A stretch of DNA of 64,000 nt from Natronohydrobacter sp. (GTDB lineage: Bacteria; Pseudomonadota; Alphaproteobacteria; Rhodobacterales; Rhodobacteraceae), in contig JAFIEM010000006.1 in the NCBI GenBank assembly GCA_020832555.1, positions 1,372 through 65,371 of the forward strand, given 5' to 3'. Below are positions 19,985 to 29,831 of this stretch, piece by piece. The notes under the pieces were generated by a model. That model saw only the letters and a program-made list of their open reading frames with translations, did not search any database and had not been told where the DNA came from. The position numbers were made by a program, and so were the translations under genes. Each line of letters begins with the position of its first letter. Position 1 is the first letter of the stretch.

Positions 19985-20571
19985 TTGCCATCCTGCGCGG
20001 GATCACGCCACGAGAGGCAGTGCCCATCGCCCGCGCTCTTGTCGAGGCCGGGATCACAAAGATCGAAGTCCCGCTGAACTCGCCCGACCCCTATGACAGT
20101 ATCGCCGCCATGATCACGGCCTGCGGCTCGGACGCGCTGATCGGTGCAGGCACCGTTCTGACCGAGGCTCAGGTTCACGATCTCGCGCGGATCGGTGCGC
20201 AGCTTGTTGTCTCGCCGGATTGCAATGCGCAGGTCATCACAGCCACACGCGCGGCCGGGATGCTCAGCTATCCCGGCATTCTGACGCCCACGGAAGCCTT
20301 TACCGCCATTCGCGCAGGCGCGAGCGGGCTGAAACTCTTTCCCGCCTCGTTGGTAGGCGCAGACGGGCTCAAGGCGATGCGTGCCGTGCTGCCCCGCGAA
20401 ATGCCGGTCTATGCGGTGGGGGGGGTCGGCCCCGCCGATTTCGCGATATGGCGACAAGCAGGTGCAGCAGGTTTCGGCCTTGGCACTGCGATCTATGCGC
20501 CGGGGCTGTCGGCAGAGCAGGTCGCCGCGCGCGCTGGTGAAATCGTCACAGCATGGGATGGCTGCGCATGA
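19972..20571 (+). CDS. dgoA: 2-dehydro-3-deoxy-6-phosphogalactonate aldolase
   Basis: LIAILRG, IEVPLNSP, GAGTVL, TPTEAF, LKLFPA, YAVGGV. Confidence 0.94.
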   Translation: MRELIAILRGITPREAVPIARALVEAGITKIEVPLNSPDPYDSIAAMITACGSDALIGAGTVLTEAQVHDLARIGAQLVVSPDCNAQVITATRAAGMLSYPGILTPTEAFTAIRAGASGLKLFPASLVGADGLKAMRAVLPREMPVYAVGGVGPADFAIWRQAGAAGFGLGTAIYAPGLSAEQVAARAGEIVTAWDGCA

Positions 20572-21398
20572 CGCCTCTGAACGATATCCGCTGCGAGTTG
20601 GGCGAAGGGGCATTCTGGCACCCGGAGCGACAGGAATTCTTCTGGTTCGACATTACAGGCCGCAAGTTGCATTCCCTCGCGTGTAGCTGGGATCTGGACG
20701 AGATGACTTCAGCGATGGGCTGGGTAGACATGCACCGCGCCGTGATCGCCACGGAAACCCGGCTGGCACTTTTTGACTATGCCTCAGGCGCGGTGCGCAC
20801 GATTTGCGCGCTGGAGGCCGACAATGCCACCACCCGCTCGAATGACGGCCGCGCCGACCCGCAAGGCGGGTTCTGGATCAGCACAATGGGCAGACGCGCC
20901 GAGAAAGGCGCAGGCGCGATCTGGCGCTGGTATGGGGGCGAATTGCGCTGTCTGTTCCCGCAGATCACCATTCCCAACGCGATCAGCTTCCCGCCCGACG
21001 GCAAAAGCGCCTGTTTCACCGACACAGTGACGCGCAAGGTGATGCGCGTCGCACTCGATGCTGACGGCTGGCCTCAGGGCGCGCCTGTCTGCTGGCTCGA
21101 CCTCAGCGCCGATGGGCTGAATCCCGATGGCGCGGTCTTTGACGCAAGCGGCAGGTTCTGGCTCGCGCAATGGGGCGTCGCGCGCGTCGCCTGCTACGCG
21201 CCCGATGGGCAATTCCTGCAGGCTGTAGACTTCCCCGCCCCGCATACATCCTGCCCAGCCTTTGGCGGTCCGGACCTGTCAGACCTCTACTGCACGACCG
21301 CCCGCGAAGGCCGCCAGAACCCCACCGCGCTCGATGGGGCAAGTTTCTGCGCCAAAGATATCACGCAGGGACAGCGCGAGCATCGCGTGATCCTCTGA
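20568..21398 (+). CDS. SMP-30/gluconolactonase family protein (probable galactonolactonase)
   Basis: LGEGAFW, RSNDGRADPQG, IPNAISF, PDGAVFD, TSCPAFGG; ATGA overlap with dgoA. Confidence 0.9.
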   Translation: MTPLNDIRCELGEGAFWHPERQEFFWFDITGRKLHSLACSWDLDEMTSAMGWVDMHRAVIATETRLALFDYASGAVRTICALEADNATTRSNDGRADPQGGFWISTMGRRAEKGAGAIWRWYGGELRCLFPQITIPNAISFPPDGKSACFTDTVTRKVMRVALDADGWPQGAPVCWLDLSADGLNPDGAVFDASGRFWLAQWGVARVACYAPDGQFLQAVDFPAPHTSCPAFGGPDLSDLYCTTAREGRQNPTALDGASFCAKDITQGQREHRVIL

Positions 21399-21400
21399 GT

Positions 21401-21427
21401 TTCATCTTGCCAAAAATACTCAAACAC
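21401..21427 (+). repeat. 27-nt direct repeat, copy 2
   Basis: Identical to 18247-18273; begins 2 nt after the lactonase stop codon. Confidence 0.9.
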
Positions 21428-21455
21428 CCCCTCTCCTACTGAAAACAGGTCCGAC

Positions 21456-23297
21456 ATGAAGCGCAGCCTTGGCGTTTGCTACTATCCCGAACATTGGCCG
21501 GACACCCTCTGGCGCGAGGACGCGCGCCGCATGGCAAAAGCAGGCCTGACATGGGTCAGGATCGGCGAATTTGCATGGTCACGGCTGGAACCGGAAGCGG
21601 GCCTGCTGCAATTCGACTGGCTGGACTGCGCCATTGCTGTGCTGGGCGAGGCCGGACTGAAGGTGGTGCTCGGCACGCCCACAGCCACCCCGCCACGCTG
21701 GATGATCGAGCGCCACCCCGACATGCTGGCCGTGGATCAAAACGGCAATCCGCGCAAATTCGGATCACGCCGGCATTACTGTTTCAGCCATTCGGGCTAT
21801 CTGACCGAATGTCGCCGCATCACGCGGCTTCTGGGCGAACGCTACGGGCGCAACCCGCATGTCGCCGCCTGGCAGACCGACAATGAATATGGCTGCCATG
21901 ACACGATCCTCAGCTATTCCGATGCCGCGCGCCACGCGTTCCGCGACTGGCTGGCGCAGAAATACCAAAGCACGGACGCGCTGAACCGCGCCTGGGGCAA
22001 TGTGTTCTGGTCGATGGACTATCGCAGCTTCAATGATATCGACCTGCCCAACCTGACCGTGACCGAACCGAACCCCGCGCATGTGATGGATTTCCGGCGG
22101 TTCTCTTCGGATCAGGTGGTCGCGTTCAACCGCGCACAGGTGGAGGTGCTGCGCCCGCTGACCGATGCGCCGGTTGCCCATAATTATATGGGCCGGATCA
22201 CGGAATTTGACCATTACAAGGTCGGGGCCGATCTCGATATCGCAAGCTGGGACAGCTACCCGATCGGCTTCCTGTCCGACCGGCTGGAAGCGACGCCCGC
22301 GCACAAGGCCACGTTCCTGCGTCAGGGCGACCCGGATTTTCAGGCCTTTCACCATGACCTGTATCGCAGCGTGGGCCGTGGCCGCTGGTGGATCATGGAA
22401 CAGCAGCCCGGCCCGGTGAACTGGGCGCCCTATAACCCGATCCCGCTGCCCGGCATGGTGCGTCTGTGGACTTGGGAGGCCTTTGCCCATGGGGCCGAGG
22501 CCGTGTGCTATTTCCGCTGGCGGCAGGCCCCTTTCGCACAGGAACAGATGCATGCGGGACTATTGCGCCCCGACAGCGCGCCTGCACCGGGTCTGCTTGA
22601 GGCCGAAAAGGTCGCGCGCGAGCTGGCCGATGCACCGGAGGTCGGGGACAGCCCCGCTGATGTGGCGCTGATCTTTGACTACGCGAGTGCATGGGCCTGG
22701 GACACGCAGCCGCAAGGGGCGGATTTCGACTATTTCCGGCTGGTTTTTGCCTTCTACCGCGCACTACGACGGCTGGGGCTGAATATCGACATCCTGCCCC
22801 CCGACGCCGCCGATCTGTCGCGCTGGAAACTGGTGCTGGCGCCGGGGCTGTTCACCCTCTCGCCGGACCTGCGTGCTGCGCTACCCTCTTGCCCCGGTCA
22901 GGTCATCTTCGGCCCGCGCGCCAATTCCAAGACCCCGGATTTCGCGATCCCGGCGGATCTGCCCCCCGATCTGCCGGGCCTCAAGGCCAGGGTCACGCGC
23001 GTCGAAAGCCTGCCGCCAGGGATTGCCGTTGCCTTGGAAGGTGGCGGGCAGTTCCGGCATTGGGCCGAAGAGGTCGAGACCCGAGCGACCGTCCGCCTGC
23101 GCCGCGCCGATGGTCTGCCTGCACTGGTGCAAGGCGGAAACCTTGGCTATCTGGCGGGCTGGCCCTGTGACGCGACGCTGCACAGCCTGCTTGCGCAGCT
23201 TTGCGCCGACCAGGGTATTTCGACGCTGGACCTGCCCGAAGGGGTGCGCCGGCGCGCGACCAGCCGGGTTTGCTTCGGGTACAACTATGCACCATAA
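21456..23297 (+). CDS. Beta-galactosidase, GH42
   Basis: GVCYYPEHW, RIGEFAWS, WQTDNEYGCH (acid/base), WIMEQQPG (nucleophile), YFRWRQ, EQMHAG. Confidence 0.93.
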   Translation: MKRSLGVCYYPEHWPDTLWREDARRMAKAGLTWVRIGEFAWSRLEPEAGLLQFDWLDCAIAVLGEAGLKVVLGTPTATPPRWMIERHPDMLAVDQNGNPRKFGSRRHYCFSHSGYLTECRRITRLLGERYGRNPHVAAWQTDNEYGCHDTILSYSDAARHAFRDWLAQKYQSTDALNRAWGNVFWSMDYRSFNDIDLPNLTVTEPNPAHVMDFRRFSSDQVVAFNRAQVEVLRPLTDAPVAHNYMGRITEFDHYKVGADLDIASWDSYPIGFLSDRLEATPAHKATFLRQGDPDFQAFHHDLYRSVGRGRWWIMEQQPGPVNWAPYNPIPLPGMVRLWTWEAFAHGAEAVCYFRWRQAPFAQEQMHAGLLRPDSAPAPGLLEAEKVARELADAPEVGDSPADVALIFDYASAWAWDTQPQGADFDYFRLVFAFYRALRRLGLNIDILPPDAADLSRWKLVLAPGLFTLSPDLRAALPSCPGQVIFGPRANSKTPDFAIPADLPPDLPGLKARVTRVESLPPGIAVALEGGGQFRHWAEEVETRATVRLRRADGLPALVQGGNLGYLAGWPCDATLHSLLAQLCADQGISTLDLPEGVRRRATSRVCFGYNYAP

Positions 23298-23323
23298 CCC
23301 GTACGCTTTGTGGTGCCCACGAC

Positions 23324-23342
23324 CCCCCCGGCGGGCGGGGGG
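23324..23342. terminator. GC hairpin between the convergent GH42 and pheT genes
   Basis: CCCCCCG-GCGGG-CGGGGGG stem-loop; no clear U-tract. Confidence 0.4.
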
Positions 23343-23362
23343 CGCGACGCGCGCGGCTGAGA

Positions 23363-25783
23363 TCAGCCGCGCAGAGTGCCGCCGGTGGCCTTGGTCACTT
23401 TCTCGATGATCTTGCGGCTGACCGCTTCGATATCTTCATCGGTCAGGCTGCGCGCTTGCGGTTGCAGGCGCACGCTGATCGCCAGCGATTTCTGCCCCGC
23501 GCCGAATTGCGCTTCCGCCTTGGGGCCGGTGAATTCGTCAAAGACCTGAACCCCTGCAATCAGCGCCTTGTCTGCCCCGCTGGCGGCATTGACGACGCTC
23601 AGCGCCTCGACCTGCGCGCCCATGACGAAAGCGAAATCACGGTCCACGGGTTGCAGCACAGATATCGCAAGCGGCGCGCGCGCGGTCTTGCGCGATTTCG
23701 GCAAGGGCGGGTTTTCCAGAAGCACCGAAAAGCCCATGACCGGTCCTTTCAGATCATAGGTTTTCAACAGGCGCGGGTGCAATTCACCATAGATCGCCAG
23801 CGGTAATTTCGGGCCGAGGCTGATCACGCCCGCGCGGCCCGGATGGAACCAGTCCGGCAGGTTACGGTGAATCTGTGCTTTTGCAGGTGCCCCGATGGCC
23901 GCAAGAACCGCCTCGGCATCCGCTTTCGCATCATAGAGATCGACATTACGGCGGCTGCCATAAGGGTCGCGCGGCGCAGTCGCCCCCACCAGAATCCCCG
24001 CAGCCTGCAGGCTTTGTTCGCCCGGTTCGCCCCCGGCAAAGACCGGTCCGACCTCGAACAGCGCCAGATCAAGCGCGCCACGCGCCTGATTGCGCGACGC
24101 GGCCTGCAACAGCCCCGGTAGCAGATCGGGCCGCATATGGGTCATCTCGGAGGAAATCGGGTTTTCCAGCCGCAGGGCATCCGTGCCGCCGCCGAACAGC
24201 CGCGCGGAGTCCGCGTCAATGAAGCTATAGGTCACGCATTCGTTGTAGCCCAACCCCGCCAGCGCGCGCCGCGCGGCCCGCGCGCGCACCTGCATCGGCG
24301 TCAGAATCGGGCGCGCGACACCGGCCTGCGGGCGAGGCAGGGGCTTGCCTTCGAGTTTCGTCAGCGAGGCAATCCGAGCGATTTCCTCGACCAGATCGGC
24401 GCTGCCCAGAATATCGGGCCGCCAGCTTGGCGGCTGCGCCTGATCGCCCGACAGCGTGAAACCCAATGCTTCCAGCGTGGCACGCTGCTCGGCTTCGGGA
24501 ATATCCATGCCCACCAGCGACCGCACACGCAGCGGATCGAACCGGTAGCTTCGGATCGTGTCGGGGATTGCGCCGTCCAGCACCACCTCTGATGCCTCGC
24601 CGCCGCACAGATCCAGCACCATGCGCGTGGCCAGTTCCAACCCGTCCAGCGTGAATGCCGGATCGACCCCGCGTTCAAACCGGTAGCGCGCATCCGAATT
24701 GATCTTCAGCGCGCGCCCTGTCGCGGCAATGGTGATCGGATCCCAATAGGCGGATTCAAGGAACACATTCACTGTGTCCTCGGTGCAACCCGAATGCTCG
24801 CCGCCCATGATGCCCGCCAGAGATTCCGGGCCCTGATCGTCAGAAATGACCATCTGCCCTTCGGCCAGCGTATAGGTCTTGTCATCAAGCGCCAGAAGTT
24901 CTTCACCGCCCTGCGCCGGGTGAATACGCAAGCCGCCCTGCACCTTGTCCGCATCGAACACATGCAAGGGACGGTTCAGATCGAAGGTGAAGAAATTGGT
25001 GATATCGACCAGCGTCGAGATGGGCCTCAACCCGATCGCGCGCAGGCGCTTTTGGAGCCAGTCGGGCGACGGGCCATTCCTGACCCCGCGAATGACGCGC
25101 CCGGCGAAAAGCGGGCAACCCTTTTCCTTCAGTGCTGGATCAATCGTCACGCTGACCGGACTGGCAAATCCGCCCGCCACAGGTTCGACCACCAGCGGTT
25201 TCAGTTTGCCCAGACCCCGCGCGGCCAGATCGCGCGCAATTCCGCGCACGCCCAGCGCATCGGGACGGTTGGGGGTGATGGCAATGTCGATCACCGGATC
25301 ATTCAGACCCGCATAATCAATATAGCGCAGACCCAGCGGCGCATTTGCAGGCAGATCGATGATCCCCTCATGGTCGTCCGAGAGCATGAGTTCACGCTCT
25401 GAGCACAGCATCCCGTTGCTGGCCTGCCCGCGAATGACACCGGGTTTCAGATCAACGCCCGTGCCCGGAACATGCGTGCCGACCGGCGCAAACACACCGA
25501 CCAGACCGGTGCGCGCATTGGGTGCACCGCAAACAACCTGCACTTCCTCGGATGCGCCATCAGGACCGTCGGGGAAAGTCTCGACCCGGCACAGGCGCAG
25601 CCGGTCGGCATCGGGGTGCTGGACCGCCTCGATCACACGGGCGATTCGGAAGGCGCCGAGGGTGGTGGCCGGGTCGAGAACTTCCTCGACCTCAAGCCCC
25701 AGATCGGTCAGCGCCTCGGTGATCTCGTCGAGGCTCGCCTCGGTTTCCAGATGGTCCTTCAGCCAGGACAGCGTGAATTTCAT
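23363..25783 (-). CDS. pheT: Phenylalanine--tRNA ligase beta subunit
   Basis: MKFTLSWLKDHL, VCGAPN, ITPNRPD, RFERGVD, DLVEEIAR, C-terminal FDX-ACB domain (RDFAFV). Confidence 0.97.
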   Translation of the reverse strand: MKFTLSWLKDHLETEASLDEITEALTDLGLEVEEVLDPATTLGAFRIARVIEAVQHPDADRLRLCRVETFPDGPDGASEEVQVVCGAPNARTGLVGVFAPVGTHVPGTGVDLKPGVIRGQASNGMLCSERELMLSDDHEGIIDLPANAPLGLRYIDYAGLNDPVIDIAITPNRPDALGVRGIARDLAARGLGKLKPLVVEPVAGGFASPVSVTIDPALKEKGCPLFAGRVIRGVRNGPSPDWLQKRLRAIGLRPISTLVDITNFFTFDLNRPLHVFDADKVQGGLRIHPAQGGEELLALDDKTYTLAEGQMVISDDQGPESLAGIMGGEHSGCTEDTVNVFLESAYWDPITIAATGRALKINSDARYRFERGVDPAFTLDGLELATRMVLDLCGGEASEVVLDGAIPDTIRSYRFDPLRVRSLVGMDIPEAEQRATLEALGFTLSGDQAQPPSWRPDILGSADLVEEIARIASLTKLEGKPLPRPQAGVARPILTPMQVRARAARRALAGLGYNECVTYSFIDADSARLFGGGTDALRLENPISSEMTHMRPDLLPGLLQAASRNQARGALDLALFEVGPVFAGGEPGEQSLQAAGILVGATAPRDPYGSRRNVDLYDAKADAEAVLAAIGAPAKAQIHRNLPDWFHPGRAGVISLGPKLPLAIYGELHPRLLKTYDLKGPVMGFSVLLENPPLPKSRKTARAPLAISVLQPVDRDFAFVMGAQVEALSVVNAASGADKALIAGVQVFDEFTGPKAEAQFGAGQKSLAISVRLQPQARSLTDEDIEAVSRKIIEKVTKATGGTLRG

Positions 25784-25860
25784 GTCTCTTCCCCGAAATG
25801 ACCGCGCAGAACTGTGGGCCTGCGCCGTAGCGCAATTCCTCAGCCGTGAAAAGCCGGGGC

Positions 25861-26637
25861 TTAGCGGTTGCGCGGATCCGTATCGTCCTCGTCTTCTTCC
25901 TCGTCATCATCGGGCAGGTTGAAGAAACTCTCGGCGTCACTGTAATCAGCGGCCTTGTTCTCGGTTTCAGCCTCGGGGTTCAGATCGCTGAAGCTGAAAT
26001 TCTCCAACCCGGCGATCCCTGCAGGCATCTTCTGTTCGGCATCGGTTTCCAGCGATTGCTCGGTCGAAACCAGCTTGCGCCGTTCCTCGTCGCTCATCAC
26101 GCCGCCCTCGGCCGCGCGCTTGGTGGCGGCTTTCTGCACTTCCTTGTCCAGTTCGGACTGGCGGCACAGACCCAGCGCCACAGGGTCAATGGGTTGCAGA
26201 TTGGAGATATTCCAATGCGTGCGCTCGCGGATCGCGTCGATAGTCGAATTGGTCGTGCCGACCAGACGCCGGATCTGCGCATCTGCCAGTTCAGGATGGA
26301 ACTTGACCAGCCACAGGATCGCCGCGGGACGGTCCTGCCGCTTCGAGAGCGGCGTGTAGCGCGGGCCGCGCCGCTTTTCCTCGCCCTCGGAGGCAGGGTT
26401 GTATTTCAGCTTGAGCGCGTGGCGCGGGTCTTTCTCACCGCGTTCGATCTCGATCGGGTCAAGCTGGTTATTGGCCACCGGGTCGAAGCCTTTCACACCA
26501 GCCGCAACATCCCCGTCGGCGATGCCTTGCACTTCCAACTCGTGCAACCCGCAGAAATCAGAGATCTGCTTGAAACTCAGCGTGGTGTTGTCCACAAGCC
26601 AGACTGCAGTGGCCTTGGGCATCAGCGGTTTTGACAT
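25861..26637 (-). CDS. trcR: DUF1013 protein / cell-cycle transcription regulator TrcR homologue
   Basis: PLMPKATAVWLVDNT, GPRYTPLSKRQDRP, DPVALGLC; acidic tail; AGGAG RBS. Confidence 0.88.
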   Translation of the reverse strand: MSKPLMPKATAVWLVDNTTLSFKQISDFCGLHELEVQGIADGDVAAGVKGFDPVANNQLDPIEIERGEKDPRHALKLKYNPASEGEEKRRGPRYTPLSKRQDRPAAILWLVKFHPELADAQIRRLVGTTNSTIDAIRERTHWNISNLQPIDPVALGLCRQSELDKEVQKAATKRAAEGGVMSDEERRKLVSTEQSLETDAEQKMPAGIAGLENFSFSDLNPEAETENKAADYSDAESFFNLPDDDEEEDEDDTDPRNR

Positions 26638-26782
26638 GACATGATCTCCTGTCATACGAGCGTAGCTTGATTACGCATAGGTCATCAGGTGCCGGGACTT
26701 CGGCTGCAGGGCGATCCTGCGGTTTCCTCGATTTCGGGGATTGTCGTGGTATAGCCTGTGTGACGGCTCAGGGAAAGTGGAA

Positions 26783-27448
26783 ATGACGAAGATTTTTTCG
26801 GGTCTGGTGATCCTTTTGGTGCTGGCCGTCCTGTCCTGGCAGCAGTTCGGGGAAAAGCAGAACACCGATACTGACGGTCAGTCCGGCTATCTGATGCTGG
26901 CAATGACCTGGACCCCAAGCTGGTGTGCGGTGACGGGCACCGAGCGCGGTGATGATCGTTGCGCCACAGGCAGCGGCGCAGGGTGGCTGGTCCACGGGCT
27001 ATGGCCACAATTCGAGGCCGGGGGCTGGCCCGAATTCTGCGAGACCGCGCAACCGGCTCCGACCCGTGCCGAGACTGCCGCGATGATGGATATCATGGGC
27101 TCTGACGGGTTGGCCCTGCACCAATGGCGCAAGCATGGCACATGCAGCGGGCTGAGCCCCGAGCGCTATTTCGACAAGACCCGCGCCGCATTCGCCAGCG
27201 TGACCCTGCCGGACCGGATCAGTTCCGCAGGCGGGCGCCTGCGCATTGCCCCCGGCGATCTGATGGCCGTATTTCATGCAGCCAACCCGGACATCCGCGA
27301 AAACATGGCCGTCCTGACCTGCCGCGAGGGTATGGCACAGGAGATCCGGGTGTGCCTGACCCATGACCTGACGCCGCGGCCCTGCGACAGCGATGTGCTG
27401 TCTCGTGGATGTCGGGCGCGCAATGTCGCGCTTCCGGCGCTACGCTGA
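26783..27448 (+). CDS. Ribonuclease T2 family protein (exported)
   Basis: CAS I WLVHGLWPQ and CAS II HQWRKHGTCSG; N-terminal hydrophobic segment. Confidence 0.88.
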   Translation: MTKIFSGLVILLVLAVLSWQQFGEKQNTDTDGQSGYLMLAMTWTPSWCAVTGTERGDDRCATGSGAGWLVHGLWPQFEAGGWPEFCETAQPAPTRAETAAMMDIMGSDGLALHQWRKHGTCSGLSPERYFDKTRAAFASVTLPDRISSAGGRLRIAPGDLMAVFHAANPDIRENMAVLTCREGMAQEIRVCLTHDLTPRPCDSDVLSRGCRARNVALPALR

Positions 27449-29593
27449 CATGCGTCCGGCTTCTGCCAACGCCAACAGCGCTTCGCGCAGCTTGGCAAGC
27501 GTGAGGGGCTTGGTCAGACAGCCATCGAAACCTGCCGCGAGATAGCCTTCGATCTGATGCGTCATGGCGTTGGCGGTGAAGGCCAGCGCAGGCACATGTG
27601 GCCGACCCTCGCTGATCTCTATTGCGCGCAGCGTCTTCAACAAGGTCACGCCATCCAGTCGCGGCATCGAAATATCCAGCAGCAACAGATCGAACTGGCC
27701 CTGCCGATACAGATCAAGCGCGGCAAGCCCGTCATCCGCCATTGTCACCTGTGCGCCCAACTGCCCCAGCATCATACCGAGAATCATCTGGTTGGTGCGA
27801 TTGTCATCCGCAGCCAGAACCCGCAACTCGGTCAGTTGGCGCACTGGAGGCGCGGTCGGAACGATGCGCACCGGGGTCTTGTCCTTGTCCGCCACCGGGA
27901 GCGGCAGGCGCATCGTGATCCGGCAACCAGCCTGTGGTGCGCTGTCAATTTCCACTGTCCCTTTCATCATCTCGACCAGACGCTTGACAATGGACATTCC
28001 AAGCCCGGTCCCGCCGAAGCGGCGCGAAATCGAGGTATCGGCCTGGGTGAAGGGTTCGAATATGCGCGCCTGCTGCTCTCGGGTCATTCCGATACCAGAA
28101 TCATGCACCTGCAGAAGAATGGATTTCGGATCTGTCGCTTCCAGCGTCACGCAGACAAAGCCCTGTTCGGTGAACTTGATGGCATTACTGACCAGATTGT
28201 GAATGATCTGCATCAGGCGATGCGGATCGCCCAGCCGTTCCTTGCTCAAACTGTCCTGCAGGCGGACTGAGAAGGACAGATGTTTTTCAGACGCCCGGAG
28301 CGTATGCACTTCCTCGATCCGCCGCGCAAGCGCTGCCAGACAGAACGGAATTTCCTCCAGCTCCAGCGCATCGGCTTCGATCTTGGTCATGTCCAGCAGA
28401 TCATTGATGATGCTCATCAAGAGATTGCCCGAGTTCTGAAGAATCGCGATCATGCGCTTGTGTTCGGGATCCGTGATACTGTCGGAGAGAATGCTGCTGA
28501 TGCCGAGGATTCCATTCAATGGCGTGCGTATCTCATGGCTCATATTCGCCAGAAAATTCGATTTCGTGTCATTCGCGCGGCGTGCCGATGCCAGTGCGGC
28601 TTCGCGGGCCTTGTCGGCCTCGACCAGTGCCGTCACATCGCTAACCGCGTAGACAACGCGCTGGTTCTCTTGTGTATCGCCCGGAATGGGCGCTGCATTG
28701 ATCGAGGCATAGCGCAGTCCTTCAGGGCAATGTAACGCAATGCGGTGATTCTGCACGATTTCACCACTGCGCTGCACCATCGCGAAAGGTTCCTGATCGC
28801 GGGTGAAGCGATTCCCGTCCAGATCTGTCACCAGCCAGTTCGGGCTGTCGAAGGGCTGACCGATCAACTCGTTCAGCGGAACGCCGAGAACATCCTCGCA
28901 GGCTTCATTCGCGTAGATGATGACCCCTTCTGCGTCAAAGACCAGAAAACCAGAAGCATTCGTACTGACAATCCCCTGCAGAAAGGCACGCTCCCGCGCC
29001 AGTTCCGCCTGCGCTGCGTGCATTTCCTGCGTGGCTGTGCGTCGCATCAGAACAGCGCGCATCACATCCGCAAAGGCGCGCAGCAGATAGACCTCACCCG
29101 GCAGAAAATCACCACGCCGCGTCACGCTGTCGAACCCGACCATCCCGAAGAACACGCCACCATCGAGCATCGGAACCATCAGAAGGGACCGAATCCCCTG
29201 TTCAGCAAGCATCTGGTGCTCGGGACTGCCCTTCGCGAAGTCGTCGACATCCGGGATCAACATGGCTTCGTTCCGGCTGAGCGGCCCCACAAAGCCTGAA
29301 AAGACCTCATTCGGCAGATTCTGAAGCTGGTCGATCACCGGGTCCACACCGGGGGCGCACCATTCATGGGTATTGCTGGTGAAATCCCCGTGCGACACGA
29401 ACACATAGGCGCGATCACGCATGTTGAAACTGCCCAATCGCGACAGGCAATCGTGAATGGCATCGTCGACACTGGCTATTTCCGCCGAAAGCAACCGGTG
29501 GATCAGATCCACGATCAGCGCCTGGACATCGGTCAGGCGCTGTTCGTTGTTGCGCGGCGGAAGTTCGGCTTTGTCCGGCACCAGAGACTCCAT
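27440..29593 (-). CDS. Cytoplasmic hybrid sensor histidine kinase (GAF-PAS-HisKA-HATPase-REC)
   Basis: THEWCAPG (GAF), PAS, FLANMSHEIRTPLNG, NLVSNAIKFT, GGTGLG, LLDISMP; start codon uncertain. Confidence 0.9.
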   Translation of the reverse strand: MESLVPDKAELPPRNNEQRLTDVQALIVDLIHRLLSAEIASVDDAIHDCLSRLGSFNMRDRAYVFVSHGDFTSNTHEWCAPGVDPVIDQLQNLPNEVFSGFVGPLSRNEAMLIPDVDDFAKGSPEHQMLAEQGIRSLLMVPMLDGGVFFGMVGFDSVTRRGDFLPGEVYLLRAFADVMRAVLMRRTATQEMHAAQAELARERAFLQGIVSTNASGFLVFDAEGVIIYANEACEDVLGVPLNELIGQPFDSPNWLVTDLDGNRFTRDQEPFAMVQRSGEIVQNHRIALHCPEGLRYASINAAPIPGDTQENQRVVYAVSDVTALVEADKAREAALASARRANDTKSNFLANMSHEIRTPLNGILGISSILSDSITDPEHKRMIAILQNSGNLLMSIINDLLDMTKIEADALELEEIPFCLAALARRIEEVHTLRASEKHLSFSVRLQDSLSKERLGDPHRLMQIIHNLVSNAIKFTEQGFVCVTLEATDPKSILLQVHDSGIGMTREQQARIFEPFTQADTSISRRFGGTGLGMSIVKRLVEMMKGTVEIDSAPQAGCRITMRLPLPVADKDKTPVRIVPTAPPVRQLTELRVLAADDNRTNQMILGMMLGQLGAQVTMADDGLAALDLYRQGQFDLLLLDISMPRLDGVTLLKTLRAIEISEGRPHVPALAFTANAMTHQIEGYLAAGFDGCLTKPLTLAKLREALLALAEAGRMSA

Positions 29594-29831
29594 TTGCCAA
29601 GTGCGCCCCGAATTGCATCGCCTGTCACTCGACCGAGGCAGGACAAGCCAACTGAACCCGCTTAAGTTAGATCGGTCAGCGTAAAAAAACAATTTATGGT
29701 TGCTGAATGTCGTAGCATTCGGACCGGATCGGGGCTTGCGCCGGGGCGGTCGTCGACTATAACGCGCCTCAATTTGTGCGGGGCCCTCAAGGCCCTTGCA
29801 TGGGCGCGCGCAGGTCAGTCAGGGGTCCGTC

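Noticed and set aside
18247-21427. The 27-nt repeat pair as a CRISPR array or IS ends
   Set aside because: Only two direct copies 3.1 kb apart, with no spacers, cas genes or transposase.
23240-23297. Possibly truncated GH42 C-terminus
   Set aside because: The catalytic domain is intact, the shortfall looks small, and no convincing continuation exists in another frame.
27110-27145. RNase T2 CAS II reads HQW instead of HEW
   Set aside because: Both catalytic His residues and the Lys are retained; probably a normal subfamily variant.
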